A stretch of 64,000 nucleotides of DNA from Diplonema japonicum (Eukaryota > Protista > Euglenozoa: Diplonemea): the NCBI GenBank assembly GCA_964019335.1, contig OZ025697.1:434001-498000 (forward strand). Direction: 5' to 3'. Of the stretch, positions 53,801 to 63,961 are shown piece after piece. The position numbers and the translations under genes were made by a program. Below the pieces are notes generated by a model. It was not told the origin of the DNA and ran no database searches. It worked only from the letters and a program-made list of their open reading frames with translations. Position 1 is the first letter of the stretch, and each line of letters begins with the position of its first letter.

Positions 53801-56800
53801 AGCCCCACGTATACTGGAAGAGGCTGCCTGCAAGGTGTCAGAAGAGTGGCGCATGTTGTCCAAAACAGCGCTCACAGTGCCTGCTGCATAAGACGCTGCT
53901 GCTTGGACTTCGGAGCCCGTCTCTCCTAGTTGAAGCCTTCGAGCCGTCTCGCCGGTCTGTACAGCAATCAGCCTGATCTCTTCATAAACATCTGCAGCCT
54001 CGGACAAGAGGGCACCCGCAACTAACGGGGAATCAACCACTGTTTGACTGAACTCTGAAAGCAGCTCTGTTAACTCCGGATGGCGCTGTATACACTGCTG
54101 CGATATTTCCGAGAGAAGAAGAAGCTCTGTCCCCGTGCTTTTTGATGCCATCTTAGCTAAGTGTCGTACACAGGACTCGGCGGCACTGCTACCCAAAGCA
54201 GCTGCTTCCAATGCACGTCCTCTCAGCCTTGAAATCTCTACCTTAGTCACTTTTTCTCCAGACGACAACCTGTGGTGCAGCTCGGCGAGGTCCGCGAGGA
54301 GGCCCGCGAGCTTGGGGTGCATCGGAACTCCATGCGCAGATGTTGCGGCGGTGTTTTCGGCAGCAGCTTGCAAAACAAGAGCAGCACCAACTGAATCGCC
54401 TGCCTGCAGCCTTCTTGTGGCCTCATCGACCAGCGCTGCTGCTGAGGCTGCACCATCAACGCGTAATTTCTCAGAAACCTCCCGCACCGAGTCGACTCTG
54501 ATGTTGGATCCCCTTCGTATTCTATCGGCCAGTGTGGCCATGCTGGAGCACACAGCACCAAGCCCGTTGCCGCGAATGTCGGCGCTCTGCTTGACGTCTA
54601 TCATGTTGGTGACTGCGGGGCTAAGGCTGACGCCACTGCCCTGCAATGCAGTGAGGGTTTCACATTGGCTGACAGGATCGCCACCATGTGTCAGAACTTG
54701 TTGCACAGCTTCCTGCAGATGCGCTGGGAGCGCGTGGTTCTCCTTTATCTCCAACAAGGTCTTCTTCGCCAAGGCACTTATGCCTTCATCAACAGCGCCC
54801 TGCAGTGTTTGGCGCACATCAGATGCCGTGGAGGGGTTGTCCGCTGCTTCTTGCATAGCGTTCCGATCGACTTCAAGTCTCTCCTCGAATTCCTGCTTCA
54901 TCGTAGCTATGTTCCGCTGCAATGTTTGCATTTCATCTGCTTTATCCTTCACATTCTTTTCCGACTGATGTAATTCTTCTCTGAGCTTCTGCAGCTGCGC
55001 ATTGCTAGTTGTGCCTTGTTGTTCTACTTCCTGCAATTGACCTTCGAGCAGACTGCAGGCGTCCTCCAAACTCACGATTTTGCCCTCACGCTCGTCACCG
55101 TATTCTTCTGCCTTCTGGAGTTGCTGCTCGATGACCCCAAGGTGGTTCTTTGCGACAGATAACTCGCTTTGCAGTTGCTGCATATCGCTCTGTGTCGTCT
55201 CTTGTTTGGAAAGTCTTTCTTGCAGTTCTGCTTGCAGTGTGCTAAGGGCTGTCTCTAAACCTGCAATGGTACGCTCAGCATCACGCAGGGCGGGTACATC
55301 GCTAACTTCGCAGCCCTGTAAAAGCTGAAGAAGATCGTCACTGTCAGATAACGCATTGGTGGCCGCCTTAGTTTTCAGGACACAGCACATTTCAGCACCC
55401 GTCAGTTTCAAGGTCGCATCATCAACGTCAACCTTGTCAGTGCATACAAGTGCTGCCAGGGCCGTGTCGTACAGGGCATAGCGGGCCTCCGATGGGATGT
55501 CGACTGCCTTAGCACCTTGTGCTGCTACTTGCGCTAAAGATACATAAGAGTCTTTCAAGTCTTGCAGGGCACTAGCTACATATGGTATGTTACTCTCCTT
55601 CAACGCCTCTTCTGCGGCTCGCATGACCGTCTCTACACTGCCCTGCCCATCGACTGTGCTCAGCACCAACCTTAACGCGTCCTTTGCCCCGTCGTTGCCC
55701 TCTGCTTGCAGCACTGCAGCACACGCATCTGAGAACCTTGTTGTAAGCTGTGACACCTTCTCACTTCCTTGTTGCAGCTCTTCCCGGAGTCTATCTGTCA
55801 TTTCTGGATGTGCCGTGATATGGTTCAAGCTCTCAAGCAGCGACACCTTCCCTGAACACAAGGACTTCAAGTGTTCCCTACAGCTGCTAAGGAGCCCCCG
55901 TAGCTTCGGACTCTCGGTAGCTTGGGTACTTACATCATCCAACAACGAGGCTATAGCAATGAAGTTAAATGGTTCTGTTGCTGCATCTATCCTTGAGGAC
56001 AGGTCCTCCAGAACGGCATGGGAGCTGAGCGACGCAACCTTCGCTACAGCCGCTAACGTCTTTCCAGTCACGCTGCCTCCCGTCGCAGCGTCTTCTAAAG
56101 TGGCCACAGCATCCAACAAATCTACACCACCAGAGAGCATCAGTTGCTTTGCTTGCTCTGTAAGGGTATTCAACTCAGCAGTCTGCATGTCTGCTAACGG
56201 TTTCGCGGTTTTCAGGCCTGCAGCTTCAGCAGCAGCATCACGCAGGGACTCAAGGTTTACAGGTAGACCACGGCCCTTGCGGCCAGCTGCATCGCCAAGT
56301 CGTTCTGCCAACTCTACTCCATACTTACCCGAACTTCCAGGGGCGTAACCAACAGCAGCCAAGGCACACCCCGCCAACAGGCTGAGCTGGTCGGCACTTA
56401 TATCACCAATAGCCGCGGCGACGGATAGGCTGTTGGCAAGGTCTCGCAGTTTCGAGGTACAGGTGACTACACCGTCAGCCACTACCTTAGCGTCGGGGTG
56501 GTTGACATCAAGCATGCTGACCACTTCGTGCATGGCATCCCCCACAACACCGGGACAGCTCGTGAGAGTCTTTGCCGTGTCCCTCGCTACTGCTCCGGCC
56601 TCTGCAGAACGAAGTGGGTCTGTTTCACGTTCCAGATTCCATAGCCCTTCACTTAGAGCTGCAACACCCGCCTCGCCCTCCGAAGGAGGGGCGCCACTTA
56701 TAAGCAACATGTCATCCAGCAGCTTCTCTAGCTGGGGTGCCTTCGATTCCTCGGGCATGTCATCAAGCTCGGAAAGGCGGGCTACCGCTACGCACGCGCT

Positions 56801-59800
56801 GTACTCTACTTTACTGCGGTTGCCACCCAAGTTGGAAAGCTGCTTTGCAATGCCATCGACTGTTGCCGCAAGAATCATGGCAGGTGTTTCTGACGAAGCA
56901 GAAGCCACTTCGTTGAGATCTTCGTACAGATCCTCGGAGTAAGTCTTCAAGCATTCGCACAACATGGCTGTTTGGGCGATAGACGCAATGCCCTCTTCTG
57001 TTCGTCCACCGAGAAACATCCCCACGGTCTCAGTTAAGAGCTCAGCGCCCTTTGCCACCGCGTTCTGTGCGTCAACACTATTCCTGAGCCGCGAGGCTAT
57101 CTTGACACACTGGGAGGGTGCCTCTTCTGATGAGAGCTTCAACTGTGACAGATCGCCAATAACACGTGCCATGCTTTTCGATATGATGCAGTCACTAGAA
57201 GAACTTTCTTGGATCACCTGCGCTTCACGCCTCAGGAAGGTGAGCTGCTCGGAAATGACAACTCTGTCGGCGTACTCAGAGGACATGGCTTTTGAGAGCT
57301 CTGTGAGCGCTTTGCTGATTGCGATGGCTGTGCTGAGCTTTTTCTTTGTTGCACAGTGTGAATGCTGGCCAAGGACATCAATTGCATTTTGTACAAGACT
57401 AGCTGCCTCCTGCGGGTTTGTTTCGGCTGCCTCAGCAGCGCTGTTGAGAGCAGACACGGCTGCAGGCATGTCATTCACATCAACGCCACACACAGCTAAC
57501 TTGGAGCAAGCAGCTTCCACGGAATGCACGGCAGTGTTGATGCCCTCGGCACACCCTCGCGATGCGCTCCACAGAGCGTTTAAGCAATTCGCGAGCGCCT
57601 GCCTGCTAAGAGAGAAAGCATCTGTCAGATCTTCGCATGATGAGACTGCGTCTTCCATATTGCTATCCTCAAGAAGCCCCGCTGCTGTCATGAACTCCTC
57701 TGTGGCATGCCTCTTCGAGGCCGCTTTCATTGCAAATACCCCACCTGCGTTAAGCGGCACCTGTCGCATCGCTAGGCAGATACTCTCAACAGGGGCAGGG
57801 CCGATGCTTCCGATAAGGCATGCCTTTTCCTGAATGTCAGCTATGCACCCTTCAGGTACCGGGATACCCTTAGAGTACTTCTTCTTCAACTCTTGTATTG
57901 CCGCACAAAGCGAGGTGTACGTGGGCTGCACAGTGGGTACGAACAAATCTTCTGCCGAGAATGACTGCACGGAAGCTGCCTGTTCGAGAACGTTGGCGAG
58001 GCCTTGCAGATCTTCTGATAAAATGCACTTCTCAGCTTCATCAGCTAAACCCATCATTTTCAGGCTTGACGAGCGCAACCTGCCTGCAGCTTCACGCGCC
58101 TCCTCAACCAGCTCCTCACCGTTGCGTAGCCGTTCAACTAAACTGGCTACAGCAGCCGGGTTGCTGAAGTCAAGCTCTGACAGCGGATCAACACGAGAGG
58201 GGCTCAAGCCCGGGTCTAAAGAACGATGCACATGTTCCCTTACAGCAGCAAGCAAGCCCTGGAGTTCAGGTCTATGGTTAAGTATTTCAGACAACAGCTC
58301 CAAGATTGCATCATTGTCGTCAGTGCCAATGAGTACGGACAATTTCTCAAGGTCGCTTTCGTCATTCCCATCGTCTTCATCGTTCACAACTTTAGCCAAC
58401 GCCAGGAGTTCTTCAGTGCTAACTATATCGCCGCGTTCTGCCCTCTCCACATACTCATCCAGCTTTGCAGCAACATTTTTGAGGTTTTTGTTCTTTGCAG
58501 CAGCCGCCCTGGCCTGCAATGCAGCTTTCTTGATGGCGCTGATGTCAAGAGTGTCGTCCTGCTTGCACGAGGCTAGATTCTTCAACGTGTTGGCCAATCG
58601 TGTCGTGCTGTCACTAGGTGTGCTGAACCCGGCAGCTTGCACTATTTCATCCTTCAACCTAGTGATGGTTGCTGCGGTCAGCTCTTCGTTCTCAGAAGCC
58701 TGTGTCAGCATATCTGCTAGTTCCTTGTTGCTAGGCGACGCACGTTGCAAGTCCTCAGCTAGCAGCACAAGCTCGTCACCGCTTATTTCTTGGAGTTGGG
58801 CCTTGTTCTCTAAGGACTCAAGCTGGGCAATAACAGCATGAAGTTGCGCACCTTCCCGCAAAAGGCCACCATCAGAGTGCACAGTCATGCTTTCGGGAAC
58901 TACGTCACCAGAGGCCTGCAGGAGCTCTTCTTGAACCATCATATCTGCCATGCTATGTGGTGCCCTGTTTTCATCTCCTTGCATAGGTTCCTGACCGTTC
59001 ATAGCGAAAGTGTCAATAGCTGTGAACAGTTGCTCACACCCTGGGCTGAGGTTTTTCATGTGTTCGAGTTTTTTAAAAACCTCCTCCCTCTCCCTATCGC
59101 AATGTGCACTCGCCAGTAGCTGCAATGTCTCCGAGAGGGCAAGAAGGCCGGGTGCCTCCTCCGGGGGCGGTCCTTGTACGGCCGTACTGACGTCGTTCAG
59201 CACAGCTTCGAGGGCCATATCTGGTTCTCTTGATGCGTGTACAAGCTTTTCGCTTAAATCTAGGAGTTGCTGCTTTGCTTCACCTTGCAGGGGGGCGGCT
59301 GTCAATGCAAGCTCACCACTCATGATGATTAACTGGCTGGGTGTCACGCCACCAGCAGGGGGGTGTTGCAGTGTGTTGTAGACTGATTTCAGGGACTGGT
59401 TTGCTGTCAGTGTGTTAGCGCACAACTCTAACGCTTGTTGTGTGGGGGCTCCCTGGGCAAGTTCGGTGGCAATAAGGTCCATGCTCTTGCCGAACACGCC
59501 ACCTTGTGTCTCTGCCAGGTGTTTTGCCGTAGCGATAAGCTTATCAGCATTGCTGCCGTCTGTTGACAGGGCGTGTTCCAGTTTCATCTTCAATGACTCC
59601 GCCACTGACTCCTCCAAGGTAGGCAACTCGGCACTCTCTGTCGCTTGCACTATCGTCGATGAAATAACGTTGGCAAGCTCCATGTTGGTGCTATCCCCCT
59701 GAAGCCCTCTGAGAACTTCGTTGAGCCGCTCCGCGATGAACCTGGCTGTCGTCTCATCCGCCCCCGGTTCACCAGCCATGGTCAGCAGTGTTTTGTGGAT

Positions 59801-62800
59801 TCTGAATGCTTCAGCTGCTGACGTGTTACCGCACGGCTCCCTATGCAGGGCATTGATCTGTTTCACAAGATCACGCAAGCGTGCTGCTGTTAAGTCACAT
59901 GTCACAGCGCTTTCAGCTGTCTGAGTAGCCTGACCAGCCTCCGACAGTGCTTGATGCGCTTGATCCACGTCTTCAGATGCGAGGTGGTCCGAAGCTTCTC
60001 TCATAGCCTTAAATGCCTTGCAAACGTTGCTGTGTCCTTCAGCTGCCCCCCATGCTGCTGCACCTGCTTTTCCTGCTGCTTCGCAAGCGTCACGGCATAC
60101 TTTCCCCAAAGACAAATGCTCAGCTGCTTCAACCAACTTCTGAGTACACTGCTCTAACCCTTCTGTGACGATGGCTGATGGTTGCGACGCGCCTGCTGCA
60201 TACGCCGCTTCCTGCGAGAGGATAAGTGCGTCATGAGCAAGCTGTTGAGTAGCTTCTGCTGTGATCGTGGCTGTCGCTTTCCCTCTCAGCTCAGCACATG
60301 CCGCAGCAAACTTTCGCGCCAGTTGCACAGCAGAAGCTACGCCTGTAATAGCAGCTTTGGTCACTGCAGCAGATGCGTGCCTTGCTGTCTCAACAGCCTT
60401 GGCGGTCTCACCGTTCCGCATGTGTGCGGCTGTTGTCTGCAGTCCTGAGTGCGCTGTTGCGACGAGGGTGCCTGCTGGCGAGCCCCCGAGCAGAGTAACT
60501 GCATCGCTCGTGGCCTCTGCAGCCCTCTCAATGTCCCCAAAAACGTGTGGGCGGGTTTTGACGTTGAGCGTCTTGATCATTGCATCAATCTCGACAGCAG
60601 CAAGCCTCGTCTTGTGCAACGCAGCACGAGCCTTCTCTGCCTCCTCAGATGCTTGCACAGGCTCATCTTCCTGCAAACACGCAACGATACCGCGCAAAAA
60701 GTTTCCAATACCAGGGTGGCGGCGGGCAGCTCCTGCAGCACTACCAGAAACAAGTACCGCATCTTGTTTAGTGCACGTGGTTCTTAGCCTGCTGGCGGTG
60801 CACTCCGCGGCTCCAGGTCCAAGACCTGACAACGTACAGGCTTGGTCACGCAGGTCCGCTACCGCGGCCTGGCTGATGAGATCACCACGCGTGAGGGCTT
60901 TTTGTAACTCGGACAAACCGTTCAGCAAGGCTGATAGCCTGCTTGGTTTTGTGGGTGCGCTGTAGATAGTCATGTCAGCAGCAGCAGCTGCTGCTGCGGC
61001 ATGCAAAGCTGCGGCAGCCCCAACCGTGTCACCTAGCACGAGCCTCCTTCTCGATTCATCCGTTAGTGACGCTGCCTCGGGTGCACTGCACGCCAGGAAC
61101 ATACTATGCACCTCACGTACCTTGTCTTCTGCATGGTCGTCGCGCCTAATCGCGGCAGCAACCTCGGTAGCTTTAACAGTGGCTGCTGCAAGGTCTGGGG
61201 ATATCTCTTTCGTGAGCGTCTGCGACCTTCCAAGGGGACGATTCGTCTCATGTGGCACTAGAGATATGGTACTGTCGCACATCGTGGCTGCGTCCTTCCT
61301 CTGAACGATGACTTCGCTCCTCAACACTGCCAACTGCCCGTCGAAGTTGTTGCTTGTTATGTCGACCCTTTCAATTAAAGACTGCAACGTGGTCAGCTGA
61401 GACCTTGCTGAAGGTGTCAGAAGGGTCAGCGCTGTGTCGGCAACGAGTACCGAGTTCATCGCAGACTTAAACGCTAACACACGCGTTATGTTGTCGCAAT
61501 ACTCATCAGGCTCAAGCAAGGATCGTACCGCCACAGTCACACCAAGGCTTGGATCCGCCTGCGCTGCACTGAAGGCGCTGTAATCAACCTCAGCCAGGCC
61601 CACAGCAAGCGATGCAGCTGCAGCAGGGTGCAGCTCGTGTTTGCGCGCTTCTCTAATGGAAGAGACAAGTTTGTTACAGTTGTTGTTTAGCTCCTCTACT
61701 CTGCTTTCCAGCATGCTGATGTACCGAAGGTGCTTGGCCGCGCTTGCCTCTGACAATGCTAGCTCCCCAACAAGCTCGCTTACCCTCACAGCGGCTGTAT
61801 TCATTTCCATAGTGCCATCGAATGCATCTGCACCTGTCTCTCTGCCTCCGCTGACTAGGACGGTGCTTCCCACTTCCCTATTCCCTGTTGAACTGCAGAT
61901 GCTTTCAAGTCGGTCACCCACAGCACGCATGATGCCTTTGAACTTAGGGTACGCAGCGCCCATCTCACGAACACTGGCAGCGAGGTCTTTCGCCTTGAAG
62001 ATGTCATTGCTGTCAACAACCTGTCCCACCTGGTTGGACAGCGCTTCGAGCGTGTTCAGCCACACTGACGACATGGCCATGCGTTTCTCGTAAAAGTCAG
62101 GTTCGATCTCCATGTCCACCCCGTCGGCTCTGCTGTCGTCCGACACATGTTCCTCTGGATCATCGAATGTCACGGTGTGACGCTCGACAGTTGCCAGGGC
62201 ATCCAGATTATCAAGCAGCATATCTCCAGGCACTTCGGGGTCTGCTGCAGGGCTATAGACGCCTGCTTCCTGTTGCACTGCTTCGAAGGTGAGGTTGTCT
62301 AGCTTCCTGAGAAGACGTGCCTTCAGGTTGTTCAGCATCAGCTTCTCGCTTGTTGCTTTTTGTAGCTGCTCGCGAAGCAACTGTTTTTCGTTCTCTAATT
62401 GTGCCGAGTATCTGCCACGTGGTCTGCTCTCCAGTGCCGCCAGCCTGTCCATCAGACGCTTCATTACATTCTGCGCTTCCTGAAGCTCGGCATCTGCAGT
62501 GGTGGCCTCCTGGCCTGCTTTGGTGGTGATGGCGTTGTACTTGTTGACAACCTGCTGTTGCACGCGCCGTGCGGAAATCAAGGCCCTCCTACGATCTGCA
62601 ACCTCCTGCAGCCATGAGTCGTATTGAGCAACCTCATCAAGCTCATCAGCTAGCAATACCTCAAGGGCGGCTTTCTGTGCGGGGTCAAGCCAGGGGTCGC
62701 TTAGAACCTTCCTAATCTCGTGCACTCTGTCATCACAAGGAGGGCTCGGTGTCGCGAAGGTCACATGGCTCAGCACATTTTTAACTGTGTCGGCGAAACG

Positions 62801-63961
62801 CAGCGTGTTGTAGCTCTCCTGGTAGCAAGCAGCGTGCGGGCTCACATGCGTAATGACGAGGGTTCGACTGTTCCCTCCGAGACTGTTTACAAGGACTTTC
62901 GTAAGAACGGATTCCCTTACAGGAGGTGCGAGGTCTTCACCCTGGGCCAACCTCTCGAAGGCAATGCGCAGGACGGAAAGAGATTTGTTAGCCGCAACCG
63001 CGTCGGTAGATTCTGCTCTGGGGTTGTGCTTGCGTAGGTCCTCAGTGCCAGCAAGGTCCACCATCGTCAGAAGGGAGTGCGATGTCCTTTCAGGTGCGTC
63101 TTCCAGCGTGCGGTCGATTGACTCTACCACGTCATAGGGCGACGCCCCGAAGGTCTTAACTACTTTAAACAGCACGATGCAGTGCGAGGTGGGCTTCCGT
63201 CTTGTACATGCCATGTGCAGGAAGTGATCGATGTCATCTGAGGAGTACAATGTGTGCCACTGCAGCTCCGGGAGGTGCACTTGCTTCTCTTCTGTACCCG
63301 TCATCATCGAGATGTGCGATGTCACATGAACCGGCAGCACGTTGCCCGGCTTCCTGCCAGGCGATGCAGGGACTTCCTCTTTAAGCAGGTCGAAAGCCTC
63401 GTTGCGATACACAGAGATAACCCCTACTTGCAGCTTGTAGTAGCGCACTTTGTGCTTCCCGTTGTAGGCCACCATCGCCTGGAGGAGCGAGGCTGCAGCA
63501 CGGGGGATGATGCCTTCCTCGCTTTTACCCTTCCTACCGAACATGGTGTATGTCTTGCCTGTATTGGCCTGACCATATGCAAAGACAGAGAGGTTGAACC
63601 CGTTTAACACCTGCCGTACGGGGCCCTCAAGGGGTGCATAAAAGGCCTCCTGGTCAGTGTAGGTTGCACCTGTGCGGGAAGGGGTCGTGGAGCTCCAACT
63701 GCATCTGTCAAAACAGTACGATCTGTACGAGTCAGCAGGGTTCCTAGCTAAAGGGTTCATGATGGTGACGCACCCTACGTGCACGTCGGAGTACATTCGC
63801 ACGCAGTCAGACCGCTCCCTCCCTCTGTGCCGTGTCACGGCCTGCTCCCCCTTTGTGGGTGGCCTAGCCCGTGCCCACACCTCCACTTCGATGTCTACGC
63901 ACCTTGTTCTGCGTCCCCATCTAGGAGAGCGCTCGAATGGCAGCTCCTGCATAGAACTCAT
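50819..63961 (-). CDS. Giant kinesin-like protein (4380 aa): divergent N-terminal motor, Ala-rich helical repeats, coiled-coil tail
   Basis: FAYGQANTGKTYTM, VDLAGTE, NKSLSVL, P.RESVLT..L.NSLGGNSRT and NTLRFA motifs; intronless 13.1-kb ORF. Confidence 0.92.
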   Translation of the reverse strand: MSSMQELPFERSPRWGRRTRCVDIEVEVWARARPPTKGEQAVTRHRGRERSDCVRMYSDVHVGCVTIMNPLARNPADSYRSYCFDRCSWSSTTPSRTGATYTDQEAFYAPLEGPVRQVLNGFNLSVFAYGQANTGKTYTMFGRKGKSEEGIIPRAAASLLQAMVAYNGKHKVRYYKLQVGVISVYRNEAFDLLKEEVPASPGRKPGNVLPVHVTSHISMMTGTEEKQVHLPELQWHTLYSSDDIDHFLHMACTRRKPTSHCIVLFKVVKTFGASPYDVVESIDRTLEDAPERTSHSLLTMVDLAGTEDLRKHNPRAESTDAVAANKSLSVLRIAFERLAQGEDLAPPVRESVLTKVLVNSLGGNSRTLVITHVSPHAACYQESYNTLRFADTVKNVLSHVTFATPSPPCDDRVHEIRKVLSDPWLDPAQKAALEVLLADELDEVAQYDSWLQEVADRRRALISARRVQQQVVNKYNAITTKAGQEATTADAELQEAQNVMKRLMDRLAALESRPRGRYSAQLENEKQLLREQLQKATSEKLMLNNLKARLLRKLDNLTFEAVQQEAGVYSPAADPEVPGDMLLDNLDALATVERHTVTFDDPEEHVSDDSRADGVDMEIEPDFYEKRMAMSSVWLNTLEALSNQVGQVVDSNDIFKAKDLAASVREMGAAYPKFKGIMRAVGDRLESICSSTGNREVGSTVLVSGGRETGADAFDGTMEMNTAAVRVSELVGELALSEASAAKHLRYISMLESRVEELNNNCNKLVSSIREARKHELHPAAAASLAVGLAEVDYSAFSAAQADPSLGVTVAVRSLLEPDEYCDNITRVLAFKSAMNSVLVADTALTLLTPSARSQLTTLQSLIERVDITSNNFDGQLAVLRSEVIVQRKDAATMCDSTISLVPHETNRPLGRSQTLTKEISPDLAAATVKATEVAAAIRRDDHAEDKVREVHSMFLACSAPEAASLTDESRRRLVLGDTVGAAAALHAAAAAAAADMTIYSAPTKPSRLSALLNGLSELQKALTRGDLISQAAVADLRDQACTLSGLGPGAAECTASRLRTTCTKQDAVLVSGSAAGAARRHPGIGNFLRGIVACLQEDEPVQASEEAEKARAALHKTRLAAVEIDAMIKTLNVKTRPHVFGDIERAAEATSDAVTLLGGSPAGTLVATAHSGLQTTAAHMRNGETAKAVETARHASAAVTKAAITGVASAVQLARKFAAACAELRGKATATITAEATQQLAHDALILSQEAAYAAGASQPSAIVTEGLEQCTQKLVEAAEHLSLGKVCRDACEAAGKAGAAAWGAAEGHSNVCKAFKAMREASDHLASEDVDQAHQALSEAGQATQTAESAVTCDLTAARLRDLVKQINALHREPCGNTSAAEAFRIHKTLLTMAGEPGADETTARFIAERLNEVLRGLQGDSTNMELANVISSTIVQATESAELPTLEESVAESLKMKLEHALSTDGSNADKLIATAKHLAETQGGVFGKSMDLIATELAQGAPTQQALELCANTLTANQSLKSVYNTLQHPPAGGVTPSQLIIMSGELALTAAPLQGEAKQQLLDLSEKLVHASREPDMALEAVLNDVSTAVQGPPPEEAPGLLALSETLQLLASAHCDREREEVFKKLEHMKNLSPGCEQLFTAIDTFAMNGQEPMQGDENRAPHSMADMMVQEELLQASGDVVPESMTVHSDGGLLREGAQLHAVIAQLESLENKAQLQEISGDELVLLAEDLQRASPSNKELADMLTQASENEELTAATITRLKDEIVQAAGFSTPSDSTTRLANTLKNLASCKQDDTLDISAIKKAALQARAAAAKNKNLKNVAAKLDEYVERAERGDIVSTEELLALAKVVNDEDDGNDESDLEKLSVLIGTDDNDAILELLSEILNHRPELQGLLAAVREHVHRSLDPGLSPSRVDPLSELDFSNPAAVASLVERLRNGEELVEEAREAAGRLRSSSLKMMGLADEAEKCILSEDLQGLANVLEQAASVQSFSAEDLFVPTVQPTYTSLCAAIQELKKKYSKGIPVPEGCIADIQEKACLIGSIGPAPVESICLAMRQVPLNAGGVFAMKAASKRHATEEFMTAAGLLEDSNMEDAVSSCEDLTDAFSLSRQALANCLNALWSASRGCAEGINTAVHSVEAACSKLAVCGVDVNDMPAAVSALNSAAEAAETNPQEAASLVQNAIDVLGQHSHCATKKKLSTAIAISKALTELSKAMSSEYADRVVISEQLTFLRREAQVIQESSSSDCIISKSMARVIGDLSQLKLSSEEAPSQCVKIASRLRNSVDAQNAVAKGAELLTETVGMFLGGRTEEGIASIAQTAMLCECLKTYSEDLYEDLNEVASASSETPAMILAATVDGIAKQLSNLGGNRSKVEYSACVAVARLSELDDMPEESKAPQLEKLLDDMLLISGAPPSEGEAGVAALSEGLWNLERETDPLRSAEAGAVARDTAKTLTSCPGVVGDAMHEVVSMLDVNHPDAKVVADGVVTCTSKLRDLANSLSVAAAIGDISADQLSLLAGCALAAVGYAPGSSGKYGVELAERLGDAAGRKGRGLPVNLESLRDAAAEAAGLKTAKPLADMQTAELNTLTEQAKQLMLSGGVDLLDAVATLEDAATGGSVTGKTLAAVAKVASLSSHAVLEDLSSRIDAATEPFNFIAIASLLDDVSTQATESPKLRGLLSSCREHLKSLCSGKVSLLESLNHITAHPEMTDRLREELQQGSEKVSQLTTRFSDACAAVLQAEGNDGAKDALRLVLSTVDGQGSVETVMRAAEEALKESNIPYVASALQDLKDSYVSLAQVAAQGAKAVDIPSEARYALYDTALAALVCTDKVDVDDATLKLTGAEMCCVLKTKAATNALSDSDDLLQLLQGCEVSDVPALRDAERTIAGLETALSTLQAELQERLSKQETTQSDMQQLQSELSVAKNHLGVIEQQLQKAEEYGDEREGKIVSLEDACSLLEGQLQEVEQQGTTSNAQLQKLREELHQSEKNVKDKADEMQTLQRNIATMKQEFEERLEVDRNAMQEAADNPSTASDVRQTLQGAVDEGISALAKKTLLEIKENHALPAHLQEAVQQVLTHGGDPVSQCETLTALQGSGVSLSPAVTNMIDVKQSADIRGNGLGAVCSSMATLADRIRRGSNIRVDSVREVSEKLRVDGAASAAALVDEATRRLQAGDSVGAALVLQAAAENTAATSAHGVPMHPKLAGLLADLAELHHRLSSGEKVTKVEISRLRGRALEAAALGSSAAESCVRHLAKMASKSTGTELLLLSEISQQCIQRHPELTELLSEFSQTVVDSPLVAGALLSEAADVYEEIRLIAVQTGETARRLQLGETGSEVQAAASYAAGTVSAVLDNMRHSSDTLQAASSSIRGAVDKLSSGMPSAGDMWRGAQQAEAATGCGLRSAIVVARRSVTFCKDLSNKIQSNTIDSSCTAMSVDTLVAELQGAAQAVPARSIIAMALGDAAALLMENSSHTKSLDEVAILLTDVADAQENVERCLEKITHAAKLLDSCGGVGGGAADPPALQEAVIALNLAGDAAGAASGACDRTSLTGVSRTLGETADALRGVAARCKASVADSSQRTPSSADILVLNSQLSKIGGKIGGDEAASRLIAERLRGMLDALQKKGHLPAEASETLHSFPSPVDVVAAEKEITEVGPSAGEAAASALAAKLRDLEKSLANGATLQDNAEEMRSATRDALKGQSGTSIVAKAMQTVESLIYDAMEKQVPDAILASLQGARELCEGAASASCSARRVARSLWGLESCAAYGIQPSRKDLVTLSEEAFEGSNRLEDPHATQELRDVANSLQEIAETLNVDVPVLGRLRDTAAMAAGLPVRGAAGAVADLASRTLALSTRVTAGGTVDSAELTRLSEEAKAAATRHPDAAPSLTQLAEELHDAATKAHANDSDLALGASYDRCKRLEESFAGPPKQDASMQWPDAEGFLSDEESVQKLRATLGKQMQEEMTKLNNRWKKKLTESETVREELAAELGAMAEQLAETDVELEVANRRVDDLEKEVSLMQRDAMEGVEAIIADKDAAILLHADALDSAAKMKVEDDETIERLEMEVATEAHMARMLAVMNERSLENWRGAGDAFANRNESWSVEEARLCSQLEEASKACSALEGAVTRIEQDKERLRYEMGLVEQEIQAERVMHENEVQNLELRISQQNSEIEELESALAENDTADSMREGIETGLRSEVEKHKELCSELNTKIATAKTKIQELEEELKQNKYELKSNVSKLEEVGKKLEEATALQMETEESRKELQTTEETSRQTIASLRTELEMVAISTAPGNAMAELQKELAKVSAERTKAQQEHGRLENEAAEALETAAAEKIRLEHELKESQLLVAELSEALELED

